Virus record (IMG/VR): IMGVR_UViG_3300044634_002660
Coordinates: 1-62,854 of that record
Strand: one strand, 5' to 3'
Length of the DNA: 62,854 bases
Source: a virus
Taxonomy: Duplodnaviria > Caudoviricetes
The translations under genes and the position numbers were made by a program. Below are positions 16,467 through 26,213 of this stretch, piece by piece (positions within the stretch are counted from its first letter, which is position 1; every line of letters starts with the position of its first letter). A model generated the notes under the pieces. That model was not told the origin of the DNA, did no database searches, and worked only from the letters and a program-made list of their open reading frames with translations.

Positions 16467-17948
16467 GTGAGAAGATTAAGAATTAGAAAAAACTCTTGGA
16501 TTATAGCTCCCGTACTGGTCTTGTCATTATTTTCAAGCCCTGTAAAAGCAGAGACTTTTGAAACCAATGGGGCTAATGATTTCTTTTTTACGCTTGAGTC
16601 AGGTACAACTTTTACAATAAGAACCTTTGCTCAGTCAAGAGGGATTGACAGCATGTTATGGCTCTATGACAGTAATAACCAAGTGCTTGTTGCTAATGAT
16701 GACCATTTCGGTCTAGATTCATATATCTCATACCCAGTCCAAAATACTGGTATTTATCGAATAAGGACTGGTGTTTGCTGTGGTGATCCGAATCGATGGT
16801 ATGGGAGCACTTACACATTTGAATCGAGCAGTGTCCCTACAAATGCACCGGAAACAACAACTACCACCAGCAGTACAACAACCACAACCGTTGCTCCATA
16901 TCTGAATCCTCCCATTGATTTAAGAGTTTCATCCGTTAATGAAAGCAAGGTTTATCTTGAATGGGATCCACCGCTACAATCGAATACCCAAGTTGAGAGA
17001 TATGCAATATTCTGGTCTTGTGACAGTTGGTCAACTGGTTTTGCAATATCCTCAACAGTAACAACTGCAATTGTTGAAAATCTAGATTCTGGTGCAACAT
17101 GTGAATTCCGAGTAAGAGCTGATAATGACTCTTTATCTATTTACTCTTTTTTCTCAGAGACGGTTTCTGGAACTACAACCGCAACTACAACGACAACCAG
17201 CACTACTACAAGCACAAGCACGACTACTACAAGCACGACAACCAGCACGACTACAACAATTCCAGAAACAACAACGACCTCTGTATTCATCTCTCCGTTT
17301 ACGACTACAACAATTTCAGCACCTACCACAACTGTTGCACAAACGACAACTGTTCCTCCGACTACGACACTTCCCCCTGTCACAACCACAACACCACCCG
17401 TAACCACTACAACAACTACTCAACCACCACAGGGTATTGATGAGGAAGTTACTGAGTTATTAAATAACACAGAGGAGTTGTCACAAGAGGAAATTGTTTC
17501 TGCAATTGAAAATATTATAAATGACGGAGTTAGCTCCGAAGAAGCCGCCTCTATTGCAACAAACTCAGCAATTCTTGAGGCGATATCTGCTGAAGATGCA
17601 AAAGAAATTTTTCAAGAAATTTCTATAAGTGAACTGACAGCAGCACAGCAGGATGCTCTTGTTGAAGCATTGACGAATGCTCCAGAGGATGTCAAAGAAA
17701 CATTTGAACAGGAGATTGACATCTTTGGTGAGGGGCTTGATGATTATGTGCCTACAGGCTCTCAAATTGATGTTGAAGCAAGAAGAGCACTGATTGCCGT
17801 AACAACGGTTTTAACAACGATTACAACGGCTCCTATGCCCTCTGGAGGCAGCTCTGCCCCATCGGGTGGAGGAGCAGGAGGAGGACCATCTGGAGGCGGT
17901 GGTTCTGGTAACACAGATCGGGGCGGTAGCCGATCAAGGAGAAAATAA
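16467..17948 (+). CDS. Secreted/surface protein with PPC-like and FN3 domains and a Thr-rich linker
   Basis: Signal peptide ending VKA; DSMLWLYD..ANDD..LDS; FN3 pattern (LEWDPP, LDSGATCEFRVRADN); long poly-Thr tract; acidic helical C-terminal part. Confidence 0.7.
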   Translation: MRRLRIRKNSWIIAPVLVLSLFSSPVKAETFETNGANDFFFTLESGTTFTIRTFAQSRGIDSMLWLYDSNNQVLVANDDHFGLDSYISYPVQNTGIYRIRTGVCCGDPNRWYGSTYTFESSSVPTNAPETTTTTSSTTTTTVAPYLNPPIDLRVSSVNESKVYLEWDPPLQSNTQVERYAIFWSCDSWSTGFAISSTVTTAIVENLDSGATCEFRVRADNDSLSIYSFFSETVSGTTTATTTTTSTTTSTSTTTTSTTTSTTTTIPETTTTSVFISPFTTTTISAPTTTVAQTTTVPPTTTLPPVTTTTPPVTTTTTTQPPQGIDEEVTELLNNTEELSQEEIVSAIENIINDGVSSEEAASIATNSAILEAISAEDAKEIFQEISISELTAAQQDALVEALTNAPEDVKETFEQEIDIFGEGLDDYVPTGSQIDVEARRALIAVTTVLTTITTAPMPSGGSSAPSGGGAGGGPSGGGGSGNTDRGGSRSRRK

Positions 17949-18124
17949 TGTTTAAAAAAATATTAAACGAACTCCATGCACTTGCATGGACATTATCTGG
18001 AGGTGTAATTGTGATAATTACATTATCTGGTCAAACAAGAACATATGGTTTATGGTTAACAGTATCTGCATTTCTTATCCATATGTTGGGTGTTTTAATT
18101 AAAAAGGATGAAAACAATGAGTAA
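17948..18124 (+). CDS. Small two-TM membrane protein (58 aa)
   Basis: Not in track. MFKKILNELHALAWTLSGGVIVIITLSGQTRTYGLWLTVSAFLIHMLGVLIKKDENNE; TAATG coupling. Confidence 0.6.
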   Translation: MFKKILNELHALAWTLSGGVIVIITLSGQTRTYGLWLTVSAFLIHMLGVLIKKDENNE

Positions 18125-18365
18125 TACAAAAAATATCTTACTTCGAATTTTCGCGGTCTTTGGGGCTTCTGGTCTTGGCGTTATCGGCGCAGGTGCAGTT
18201 GCCGGAGTTAGTCTTCCACAGGCTATCTTTATGGCCGGAATTGGGGGAGTTGCAAAGGTCATTGAGGGGCTTGCTAATGCCTTCCTAGATGACGGAAAAC
18301 TCTCTGAAGATGAAATACAAGCAATTTTCAGCAAGGCAAAAACTAAGCCTGATGAAGAAGACTAA
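18108..18365 (+). CDS. Holin-like membrane protein
   Basis: Two hydrophobic helices and a charged tail (DDGKLSEDEI); lies upstream of the endolysin. Confidence 0.5.
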   Translation: MKTMSNTKNILLRIFAVFGASGLGVIGAGAVAGVSLPQAIFMAGIGGVAKVIEGLANAFLDDGKLSEDEIQAIFSKAKTKPDEED

Positions 18366-18408
18366 TGTATAATGTAATCAAGTGATTATTAATCACAAAG
18401 GAGATTGT

Positions 18409-18609
18409 ATGATTAAGATTTCAGAACAAAATAAGGCAATGCTCGCCTCTTACGGAAGAAGCGTTTTAGGAGCTGGTGTAGCAGTTTATGTCTCAACAGG
18501 TGATGTAAAAATGGCTGCAAATGCTCTTTGGGCTGCAGCGCTCCCAGTGCTTCTTCGCTATGTAAATCCAAAAGACCTTGCTTTCGGCAAGACTGAGGCA
18601 GGTAAATAA
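18409..18609 (+). CDS. Holin-like membrane protein
   Basis: AAGGAG-ATG; SYGRS..LPVLLRYVNPKD..FG pattern; TAATG-coupled to the endolysin. Confidence 0.55.
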   Translation: MIKISEQNKAMLASYGRSVLGAGVAVYVSTGDVKMAANALWAAALPVLLRYVNPKDLAFGKTEAGK

Positions 18610-19142
18610 TGCCAAGAAAATATAGCTATTATCCAAGTTTTGATGGGAAAGGCGCACAGCCTGGAACCGAGAAGTTAGTTGAGCTTTGCGGTAAGAGATG
18701 GAAGACATCCAATATGGGAATCTACTCCCCCCGGTTGATGAGAAATTCTAAGACTGCTGGTAAGAAGATCGGTGATCCAGGCATGGAGAAGTTCTTAAGT
18801 GTACACGCAACTGGTGCTGCATGCGACATTGGTTACACAGATCGTAAGGTCGGAGTTGAAATGTGGAACTGGTTTATTAAGTACACTAAAGAGTTAGGTA
18901 TTGAAGAAATTCATGACTATGCATTTGATGCAAATCCTAAAGATAAGAATCAGGGGTATGGTCGCGGTTTTAGGTGCTCAAGAGGCGAAAACGAGGCTGG
19001 GGTAAAAATCTTTACCGAGTCTGATAATGCTGGTAGTTTTGGAGGGAAGTGGTTACATTTAGAGCTTTCTCCAGAAATGGCAAAAGATGCAGCAAAGTTT
19101 GAGGCAGCTTGGAGAGCCTTGCCTAAGCCCGGTGCGGCTTAA
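18609..19142 (+). CDS. Endolysin, M15-like Zn peptidase
   Basis: SVHATGAACD (SxHxxGxAxD) and WLHLE motifs, next to holin-like genes. Confidence 0.7.
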   Translation: MPRKYSYYPSFDGKGAQPGTEKLVELCGKRWKTSNMGIYSPRLMRNSKTAGKKIGDPGMEKFLSVHATGAACDIGYTDRKVGVEMWNWFIKYTKELGIEEIHDYAFDANPKDKNQGYGRGFRCSRGENEAGVKIFTESDNAGSFGGKWLHLELSPEMAKDAAKFEAAWRALPKPGAA

Positions 19143-19154
19143 TTAGGAGCTAGA

Positions 19155-19235
19155 ATGAGTAGAAGTAAAATATGCAATTGTGGTTGCGAATGTGTTGATC
19201 AATGCGATTGTGGTTGCGAGGAGTGCGACTGTTAA
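19155..19235 (+). CDS. Metallothionein-like Cys-rich peptide (26 aa)
   Basis: Not in track. AGGAG RBS, then MSRSKICNCGCECVDQCDCGCEECDC (9 Cys); fills the gap between two genes. Confidence 0.7.
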   Translation: MSRSKICNCGCECVDQCDCGCEECDC

Positions 19236-19238
19236 CAA

Positions 19239-19574
19239 ATGGCCGGTGCTAGAGATATAACAATTTATAAAGGTGATTCTTATACCCATGAAGTTCGTAT
19301 TAAAAACAGTGCGAATACGGCTATAAACATTACTGGCAGAACATATAGGGTTCAGATGCGTCAATCAAAAGCATCGAGCTCTATTTTGCTTACATTTAAT
19401 ACAGCTATTACAAATGCTGCAAATGGAATTGTTACTTTCACTCTTCAACCAAGCGATACTTCAAACATTAGTGTTGGTACATATTATTATGACTTTGAAG
19501 AAACAAATGGTTCATATGTGACAACACTAATGGGAGGCAAGCTGGTAATTACAGGAGAAGTAAGTCGTGGCTGA
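19239..19574 (+). CDS. BppU N-terminal-like structural protein
   Basis: ITIYKGDS..AINITG..GIVTFTL..GTYYYDFE pattern. Confidence 0.6.
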   Translation: MAGARDITIYKGDSYTHEVRIKNSANTAINITGRTYRVQMRQSKASSSILLTFNTAITNAANGIVTFTLQPSDTSNISVGTYYYDFEETNGSYVTTLMGGKLVITGEVSRG

Positions 19575-19842
19575 TATAACAACTTTACAAGTAAATACTG
19601 GTGATATAAGTAATGTTATCGTTGGAAACAGCGATGTTACTGCTTTAAGCGTTCAGAATGGTGATGTGACGACAATTGTTGGCGCACCAGCAACAGTAAC
19701 ACTTGAAAGGATTTTAACATTATCAGATGCATCGCCATCTGACATAGCAAGGACTGCGAATAGCGGTGTTCTTGAGATTGCAAGCAGAGCGGATCATGTC
19801 CACTCAATTGCAAACACGCTATTAGACGGAGGAAATTATTAA
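19567..19842 (+). CDS. Short fibre-related protein
   Basis: ASRADHVH motif and C-terminal LDGGNY. Confidence 0.55.
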   Translation: MADITTLQVNTGDISNVIVGNSDVTALSVQNGDVTTIVGAPATVTLERILTLSDASPSDIARTANSGVLEIASRADHVHSIANTLLDGGNY

Positions 19843-21065
19843 TGGCAAATACAATTAGAATTAAGAGAAGGGCATCAGGCAATGCTGGCGCTCCGGGTTC
19901 GCTCGAAAATGCAGAACTTGCATATAACGAGGTAGATGATGTCCTTTACTACGGTAAAGGAACAGGAGGTGCAGGTGGAACTGCTACAACAGTGCAAGCA
20001 ATCGCTGGTACTGGAGCATATGTGTCACTTTCGGGTGCTCAAACAATTACAGGAAACAAAGATTTCACTGGAACAGTAGTTGTTCCAACACCAACAGCAA
20101 ACACACATGCTGCTACAAAACTTTATGTTGATCAGGCAGTTGGTGCAGTTTCAGGTTCTTTCACCTTAGCTGGAGATGGTGGTTCAAGCCAAACAGTTAC
20201 TCTTGGAGATACTTTAACAATCTCTGGTGGAACAGGTTTGACATCAACCGCTGGCACAACTGACACAGTTACGATTAATCTTGATAGCACAGCAGTAACT
20301 GCTGGCTCGTATGGCAATGCTAATACAATTGCTACTTTCACAGTTGATGCTCAAGGTCGGTTGACTGCTGCTGGTAACAGCGCTGTTTCAATCACAGGCT
20401 CTCAGATTAGCGACTTAGGAACCGCTGCTGTAACATCAGTTACTGGTACATCCAATGAAGTTACTGTTTCTGGTACAGGAACTGGTCCTTGGACTGGTGC
20501 TGTGACAATTGGCCTCCCAGACGATGTGACAATCGGTAACACCCTCACTGTCACTGGAGATCTTGTAGTTAATGGAAATACGACAACCCTTAACACTTCA
20601 ACATTGACAGTAGAGGATAAGAATATTGTTCTTGCAAATGTTGCTACCCCAACAGACACAACTGCTGATGGTGCTGGCATTTCTGTTCTGGGTGCAACAA
20701 CCAAGACCTTTAACTGGGTTGATGCAACTGATGCATGGACTTCCTCAGAAGATCTTAACCTTCTTGCAGGAAAAGTCTTCGAAATTGGTGGAACTTCAGT
20801 TCTTTCAAACACAACATTGGGTTCAGGAATCATAAACTCAAGTTTGACATCAGTTGGAACCATTGCGACTGGTGTGTGGAATGGTACAGCAATTGCTTCG
20901 ACATCTGGCGGTACCGGCCTTACATCTTATACAACTGGTGATTTAATTTATTCCTCATCTGGAAATACACTTTCTAAGTTGGGGATTGGAACAACTGGAC
21001 AATTCTTAAAGGTTGTTGCAGGCGTACCTTCATGGTCTGATACAGTAGATGGCGGTACTTTCTAA
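19842..21065 (+). CDS. Fibre protein
   Basis: MANTIRIKR..APGSLENAELAY N-terminus, HAATKLYVD, TVDAQGRLTAAG, VTGDLVVNG, C-terminal DGGTF. Confidence 0.75.
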   Translation: MANTIRIKRRASGNAGAPGSLENAELAYNEVDDVLYYGKGTGGAGGTATTVQAIAGTGAYVSLSGAQTITGNKDFTGTVVVPTPTANTHAATKLYVDQAVGAVSGSFTLAGDGGSSQTVTLGDTLTISGGTGLTSTAGTTDTVTINLDSTAVTAGSYGNANTIATFTVDAQGRLTAAGNSAVSITGSQISDLGTAAVTSVTGTSNEVTVSGTGTGPWTGAVTIGLPDDVTIGNTLTVTGDLVVNGNTTTLNTSTLTVEDKNIVLANVATPTDTTADGAGISVLGATTKTFNWVDATDAWTSSEDLNLLAGKVFEIGGTSVLSNTTLGSGIINSSLTSVGTIATGVWNGTAIASTSGGTGLTSYTTGDLIYSSSGNTLSKLGIGTTGQFLKVVAGVPSWSDTVDGGTF

Positions 21066-21078
21066 TTAGGAGGAAGTA

Positions 21079-21843
21079 ATGGCTAATACCATTAAGATTA
21101 AAAACTCAGGAACAGCCTCTGCGGTACCTTCTACGCTTGAACATGGCGAACTAGGTCTTAATTACGCTGACGGTAAACTTTATTACAAGAATGGCTCAAA
21201 TACCATTGTTGAATTTAGCTCTGTCGGTATTAGTTCTACAGCACTTGATGATCTTACTGATGCTGTAATCACAGCTCCAGAAGAATTTCAATCTCTTGTT
21301 TATGATGGAACTAATTGGGTTAATAAACATTCCTCTGTGGTCTCATATGTTAGAAACGCAGAGTCTACAACATTAACCACAGGAACTGTTGTTTATCTCT
21401 TTGGAGCAACAGGTGATCATGCAACTGTAAAAAGAGCAGACAATGACTCTGACGATACATCCTCCAAAACGGTTGGTTTGGTTGCTGCTAGTATCGCTGC
21501 ATCTGAGAATGGCCCAGTGGTCACTCGCGGATATGTCGATGGTATTGACCTTTCTGTTGGATACTCTGCTGGCGATGTTCTCTGGCTTGGAGAAGACGGG
21601 GCATTTACAAAAACAAAACCATCTGCGCCAGAACACCTTGTCTTTGTTGGCGTTGTTGTTCGTGCAACAAATAACGGAATTGTCTATGTCGCAACGCAGA
21701 ATGGTTATGAAATAGATGAACTTCATGATGTTTCCATTACAACCCCAGCATCAGGACAGGTTTTAGAATATAATGGTAGTTTATGGGTAAATAAAAATAC
21801 TGTTCGTGACAATATGATCAGATTCTATATGGAGGTTATATAA
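21079..21843 (+). CDS. Fibre protein
   Basis: Same N-terminal module (MANTIKIK..PSTLEHGELGLNYADGKLYY) and LDDLTD/LxYxGxxWVN repeats. Confidence 0.7.
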   Translation: MANTIKIKNSGTASAVPSTLEHGELGLNYADGKLYYKNGSNTIVEFSSVGISSTALDDLTDAVITAPEEFQSLVYDGTNWVNKHSSVVSYVRNAESTTLTTGTVVYLFGATGDHATVKRADNDSDDTSSKTVGLVAASIAASENGPVVTRGYVDGIDLSVGYSAGDVLWLGEDGAFTKTKPSAPEHLVFVGVVVRATNNGIVYVATQNGYEIDELHDVSITTPASGQVLEYNGSLWVNKNTVRDNMIRFYMEVI

Positions 21844-22202
21844 TGCCAATTAGTCAAAAAAGGTTGGCTGGACCAACACAGATTTCAACGGTTAGTTCTG
21901 TTGCATATACTGTTCCTATTAATACAACTACAATTGTTAAACAAATTATTTTAACAAACACAACAAGTTCTTCAAGAACTGCAACAATTAGACTAAAGCC
22001 TCTCAATGTATCTGAGGCTAATACCCATGATATACTGAGCAATGTGACGGTTAGCCCTAATGAAACCGTTTCTTTTAATTGCTCTATGGTTTTAATTAAT
22101 AACGGAAATATCGCAAACAATACGAATAGCGATCAGATTACATTTTTATGCTCTGCCAACTCTGCATTGAATGTAACAATCTTTGGAGTTGAGGAGTCAT
22201 AA
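21843..22202 (+). CDS. Virion adaptor-like beta protein
   Basis: Paralogue of 16107..16442. Confidence 0.6.
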   Translation: MPISQKRLAGPTQISTVSSVAYTVPINTTTIVKQIILTNTTSSSRTATIRLKPLNVSEANTHDILSNVTVSPNETVSFNCSMVLINNGNIANNTNSDQITFLCSANSALNVTIFGVEES

Positions 22203-22951
22203 TGGCCGGTATAGAAAGATTTCCTAATGTAAATGTTTTTGATTCATTCGTTGATGCCCCAGACTCGATTTATGGATCTGGCTCTGATGGGACAGTAACA
22301 ATTTCTGCTAATACAACATTGACGACTGATAAGTTTTATTACAATCTTACTGTCAATTCCAATATAGTTTTGAACACCGCTGGTTACAGAGTTTTTGTAA
22401 AGAACCTTTTGACTCTTAATTCAAACTCTGCAATTGGAGTGGGAACAGCTCTCTCTTACACAATGAATACTGGCTTCTCAGGAACTGGAACGATCTCAGG
22501 AGGCGGTGCTACCAACACGGCTGTTACCAATAGTCTTGGCGGTAACAGCGCATCTCAAACTGCAACTCCTCCAACCGTTGCACAAGGAGGCACTGGGGTG
22601 AAACCAGACTTGGCAAACTCGGCAACCCTTACCGGATATTGGTATCAACCAACTCAATCAGTAAAGGGGTATGTCCTTAATGCAAGTAATACAACTCCAT
22701 TATTTCTAAGAGGTGGGGCAGGTGGTTCTGCCGGTGCAGGAGGCGGAGTTTTGATTATTGCATCTCGTTATATCTCCGTAACTGGTACTGCCTTCTTTGA
22801 TGCTGCTGGCCTTACAGGAAGTGGTGGAGGAGGCGGTGGAGTGATAATTGCAATTTCAAGCCATCCATCACTACCTGCTGGAATCACAACTGATGTAACA
22901 GGTGGAACAGGATGTGCTAATGGCACAGTGATATACTCTCAATTGGTTTAG
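22202..22951 (+). CDS. Glycine-rich fibre/adhesin protein
   Basis: YGSGSDG..YNLTV..GYRVFVK domain and GGGGG-IV repeats. Confidence 0.6.
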   Translation: MAGIERFPNVNVFDSFVDAPDSIYGSGSDGTVTISANTTLTTDKFYYNLTVNSNIVLNTAGYRVFVKNLLTLNSNSAIGVGTALSYTMNTGFSGTGTISGGGATNTAVTNSLGGNSASQTATPPTVAQGGTGVKPDLANSATLTGYWYQPTQSVKGYVLNASNTTPLFLRGGAGGSAGAGGGVLIIASRYISVTGTAFFDAAGLTGSGGGGGGVIIAISSHPSLPAGITTDVTGGTGCANGTVIYSQLV

Positions 22952-22952
22952 T

Positions 22953-24983
22953 ATGACAGGTGTAGAAAGATACAGTAGCAAAGCAAAAGTCTCATACAAC
23001 ATTGGTGATATTGGTCCCAGTGGTGGACTTATCTTTGCTACTCCATCAACAGATGGCAATACAACTGGAGAATATTTTGAAGCCGCCCCTTATGGGTGGA
23101 ATAGTGGAGCAGACCCCTCAAGAACTTGGGCAGAATCTGCATATCAAACAACAAATGTTGCAGGCGCTACTGGAACAGTTTTTGGCACTGGTTATGCCAA
23201 TACTTTGGCAATTATTGCTCAAGGAAATACAAACACTGCTACATCAGCAGCAGCACTTGCTCAGTCTTACAGGGGTGGAGGTTTTAGTGATTGGTTCTTA
23301 CCGTCATTTAACGAATTAACTCAGTTAGTTCAGGTACTTTTTGTTGACAATGGCAATATTGCAAATTTAGTAGAAAACACATCAGGAGTTGTTAACTATT
23401 GGAGCTCTACACAGGAGACTAATAATATATATCTTAATGCCCCCGCTAGGGCATTATCATGGATGTATTTTGGAGATGTTGGCCCTGAGAAGTCAGATCT
23501 TTTCTCTGTTAGACCAGTAAGAATGTTCTCAGTTACATCTTCATCATCTGTTCAAAGATCAGGTAATGATTCTGCTTATGGAAGCGGTCAAGATGGAACC
23601 GTTGTGATTGCGTCAAATATCTCTTTAACAAGAGATATGTACTATAGCAATCTTACAATTAATAGTGGTTCTCACTTAAATACAAATGGTTTTAAAGTTT
23701 TTGTAAAGAATAAATTAACAGTAAACGGAAGTATTGGTATAACATCTGCACAATCTGTTTCTACAGGAACTCTTGCTGGTCGTTTAGCCGTCGGTTCGGG
23801 TAATACAAGTGTATCTATTGGAGGTAACTCAGGTGGAAACACTTTTACTGCTTCTCAACTTACAGCATCTGATAGATCAAATCTTGAATTTCTTATTTCG
23901 GGCATAGCGTTTAATTCATCTGGAGTAATCACTTCTATTAAAGGGGGTGCTGCTGGAGTGGCAGGAGCAAACGGAACCGTAACTGCAGGAGGGGCTGGCA
24001 GTCCAGGAACTCTCTCAAGAAATGCCCTAGTTCCTGGCGGTCCTGGAAGCCCCGGAACGGCTCCACCTGCATCTGCTGGAGGCGCTGGAGGCGCTGGAGG
24101 TGCGGTTGTCCTTATTGTTGCTAAGCAAGTCATTGGTTCTGGAGTGATTTTATCTCAAGGACAAAATGCAAATGTCGGGGCAAGTAGTTCAACGGGAAAT
24201 GTTGGCAACACTGCCCCTACTGCAACACTAACTCATTTAGTTGATGGCTCTGCTCATTATAGAACTGGGGATGGTACAACTGGTCCTCACGCATCCGTTA
24301 CTGCACCCAATGTTCCTCATGGCACTCATTTCCCATATACACAAAATAGATTGCATGGTCACACATACCGCCATGTTCATACGGGTAATAACCATCATAC
24401 TAATAACAATGTTTTTGGTGCTTATCATAACAATCATGGAGAGCAAGCTCCTATAACAAATCCTCATCATTATGGAGATTTTAATGATACACCTCATGTT
24501 GACACTTTAACATCAACATACTTTGCAATTAGTGGTATTCCACATAATACCGGTCATAGAAACCATACTGGAATTGCTTTTACATTTACATACACTCACT
24601 ATAGTGGAGCATTTAATTCAACCAATGACACACAACATTTCACACGCCATTGGCCTGCCCAACATGATGGTAAATACCACATTCCTGCGAGTCATGAGCA
24701 TGTAGGCTATCCAAGACATCATGTTGACAATAACCATTCTCACTTCAGAGCCAGAAACGCAGGAACGGTTTCAACACAGGGCAGCAACCCCTATCCAGGC
24801 GGGGCAGGTGGGGCAGCAGGTTCTTCAACAGCAGGTTCTTCTGGCATAACCGGTGGTGGTGGTGGTATAATTGTTATTACAGATTTAATCGCTAATACAG
24901 TAACAACATCAACAGTTGGTGGTACTGTGTCTGGTGGTGGAACAGGTCAATCAGGAACTGTTCTTACAATATTAAATCAATAG
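22953..24983 (+). CDS. Glycine-rich adhesin with a DUF1566/Lcl-like domain and a His-rich insert
   Basis: IGDIGPSGG..SDWFLPSFNEL..YWSST..VRPVRMF domain; paralogous Gly-rich domain; about 30 His in ~175 aa. Confidence 0.65.
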   Translation: MTGVERYSSKAKVSYNIGDIGPSGGLIFATPSTDGNTTGEYFEAAPYGWNSGADPSRTWAESAYQTTNVAGATGTVFGTGYANTLAIIAQGNTNTATSAAALAQSYRGGGFSDWFLPSFNELTQLVQVLFVDNGNIANLVENTSGVVNYWSSTQETNNIYLNAPARALSWMYFGDVGPEKSDLFSVRPVRMFSVTSSSSVQRSGNDSAYGSGQDGTVVIASNISLTRDMYYSNLTINSGSHLNTNGFKVFVKNKLTVNGSIGITSAQSVSTGTLAGRLAVGSGNTSVSIGGNSGGNTFTASQLTASDRSNLEFLISGIAFNSSGVITSIKGGAAGVAGANGTVTAGGAGSPGTLSRNALVPGGPGSPGTAPPASAGGAGGAGGAVVLIVAKQVIGSGVILSQGQNANVGASSSTGNVGNTAPTATLTHLVDGSAHYRTGDGTTGPHASVTAPNVPHGTHFPYTQNRLHGHTYRHVHTGNNHHTNNNVFGAYHNNHGEQAPITNPHHYGDFNDTPHVDTLTSTYFAISGIPHNTGHRNHTGIAFTFTYTHYSGAFNSTNDTQHFTRHWPAQHDGKYHIPASHEHVGYPRHHVDNNHSHFRARNAGTVSTQGSNPYPGGAGGAAGSSTAGSSGITGGGGGIIVITDLIANTVTTSTVGGTVSGGGTGQSGTVLTILNQ

Positions 24984-24990
24984 AGGTTTT

Positions 24991-25221
24991 ATGGAATTCA
25001 CACTTTCAAATGAAAAGAAAATAGAGATGGCTCAGCATGCGTTGAGCACACTCGAAATGCATTACTATCGGGAAATCATTATGCTAGGGGAAAATCCAGA
25101 GACATTTGTTCTTCCTAACCCATCGGAAATCACCGATCCACTTCAGGCTGCGTCATATGCAAGCGTAATTTCGCTTAGTCAAAAGATTGCAAATATTCAA
25201 GAAATTATTGATTCGATTTAA
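24991..25221 (+). CDS. Hypothetical protein
   Basis: 76-aa ORF with a GAGG RBS. Confidence 0.6.
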   Translation: MEFTLSNEKKIEMAQHALSTLEMHYYREIIMLGENPETFVLPNPSEITDPLQAASYASVISLSQKIANIQEIIDSI

Positions 25222-25225
25222 GAAG

Positions 25226-25627
25226 ATGGATAGGGTCATATATTGTCCATCGGATGATTTTTTAGAAGAAGCATCTACCCTATCTTCAAAAAACTATTTG
25301 CAAATAATTATTGGAGACAACTCTCACACTGAAAGTTTAATTTTCGATAGAGAAAAAGTATCAGTAGTTTCTATACCTGTGTATAGAGGTTATACATTAT
25401 TAGGCAATGTTAAAAAAGGGTTCCATCAAAGTCTTAATTATAAAAATGAATTTATTATTATAAAAAATAAAATTCAGTTATTTGTTAATAACAAAATTAT
25501 TAAACCGATGTATGAAGAATCTCATGTCGCAAAATTTATATTTATTTGCGAAGAAATTGGGGATTATTCATGTAGAATAGTCGTTGATGGAAAAATAGAA
25601 GAGGAGTTTTGTTTTGTTGTCAATTGA
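25226..25627 (+). CDS. Hypothetical protein
   Basis: Track ORF 25187..25627; the likely start is ATG 25226. Confidence 0.5.
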   Translation: MDRVIYCPSDDFLEEASTLSSKNYLQIIIGDNSHTESLIFDREKVSVVSIPVYRGYTLLGNVKKGFHQSLNYKNEFIIIKNKIQLFVNNKIIKPMYEESHVAKFIFICEEIGDYSCRIVVDGKIEEEFCFVVN

Positions 25628-26213
25628 GAAAGAGGAGAAGGCTCCTTGCATTTGGGTTTACAAAAACGCTTTTGATAGTAAAAATTTTTGCGAATTGGTG
25701 GAGGAAGAAACAGAAAAAGACTGGCCGTATATTGATTGGGTTTACTCTAGCACTGGTGATGACCAAGACAGGCAGACTAGCGAATATAGAACATCTCTTG
25801 AGATGTCAATGAATTTATTCTTTTCTGAAACAATTAATAAAAATTTAAAACATATACAAGATTTATTTTTAAAAGATATTTTTTCTAAAATTGATGAATG
25901 CGTATGGGATTATAGAACATGTTTTGATTTACACCTCAACGCAGATTCTGGTTACGCTCTTTTGAAGTATCTTGATGGAGGGGAATATCATATTCATCAT
26001 GACCACTCTTCTAGCAATGGAAGAGTTTTAAGCCTAGTTGCTTGTCTTGGCGATGATTTTGAAGGAGGAGAGTTGGAGTTCAATAATTTTGATTTGACAA
26101 TTAAACTTGAAAAAAACTCATTGGTTCTATTCCCCTCAAACTTTCCTTATACGCACATTGCTCACCCTGTAAAAAGCGGTGTGAAATACAGTCTGGTAAC
26201 ATGGTATATATGA
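25614..26213 (+). CDS. 2OG-Fe(II) oxygenase (prolyl-hydroxylase-like)
   Basis: LLKY..GEYHIHHD (HxD), RVLS, FEGGELEF, LFPSNFPYTH..PVKSGVKYS. Confidence 0.9.
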   Translation: MLSIEKEEKAPCIWVYKNAFDSKNFCELVEEETEKDWPYIDWVYSSTGDDQDRQTSEYRTSLEMSMNLFFSETINKNLKHIQDLFLKDIFSKIDECVWDYRTCFDLHLNADSGYALLKYLDGGEYHIHHDHSSSNGRVLSLVACLGDDFEGGELEFNNFDLTIKLEKNSLVLFPSNFPYTHIAHPVKSGVKYSLVTWYI

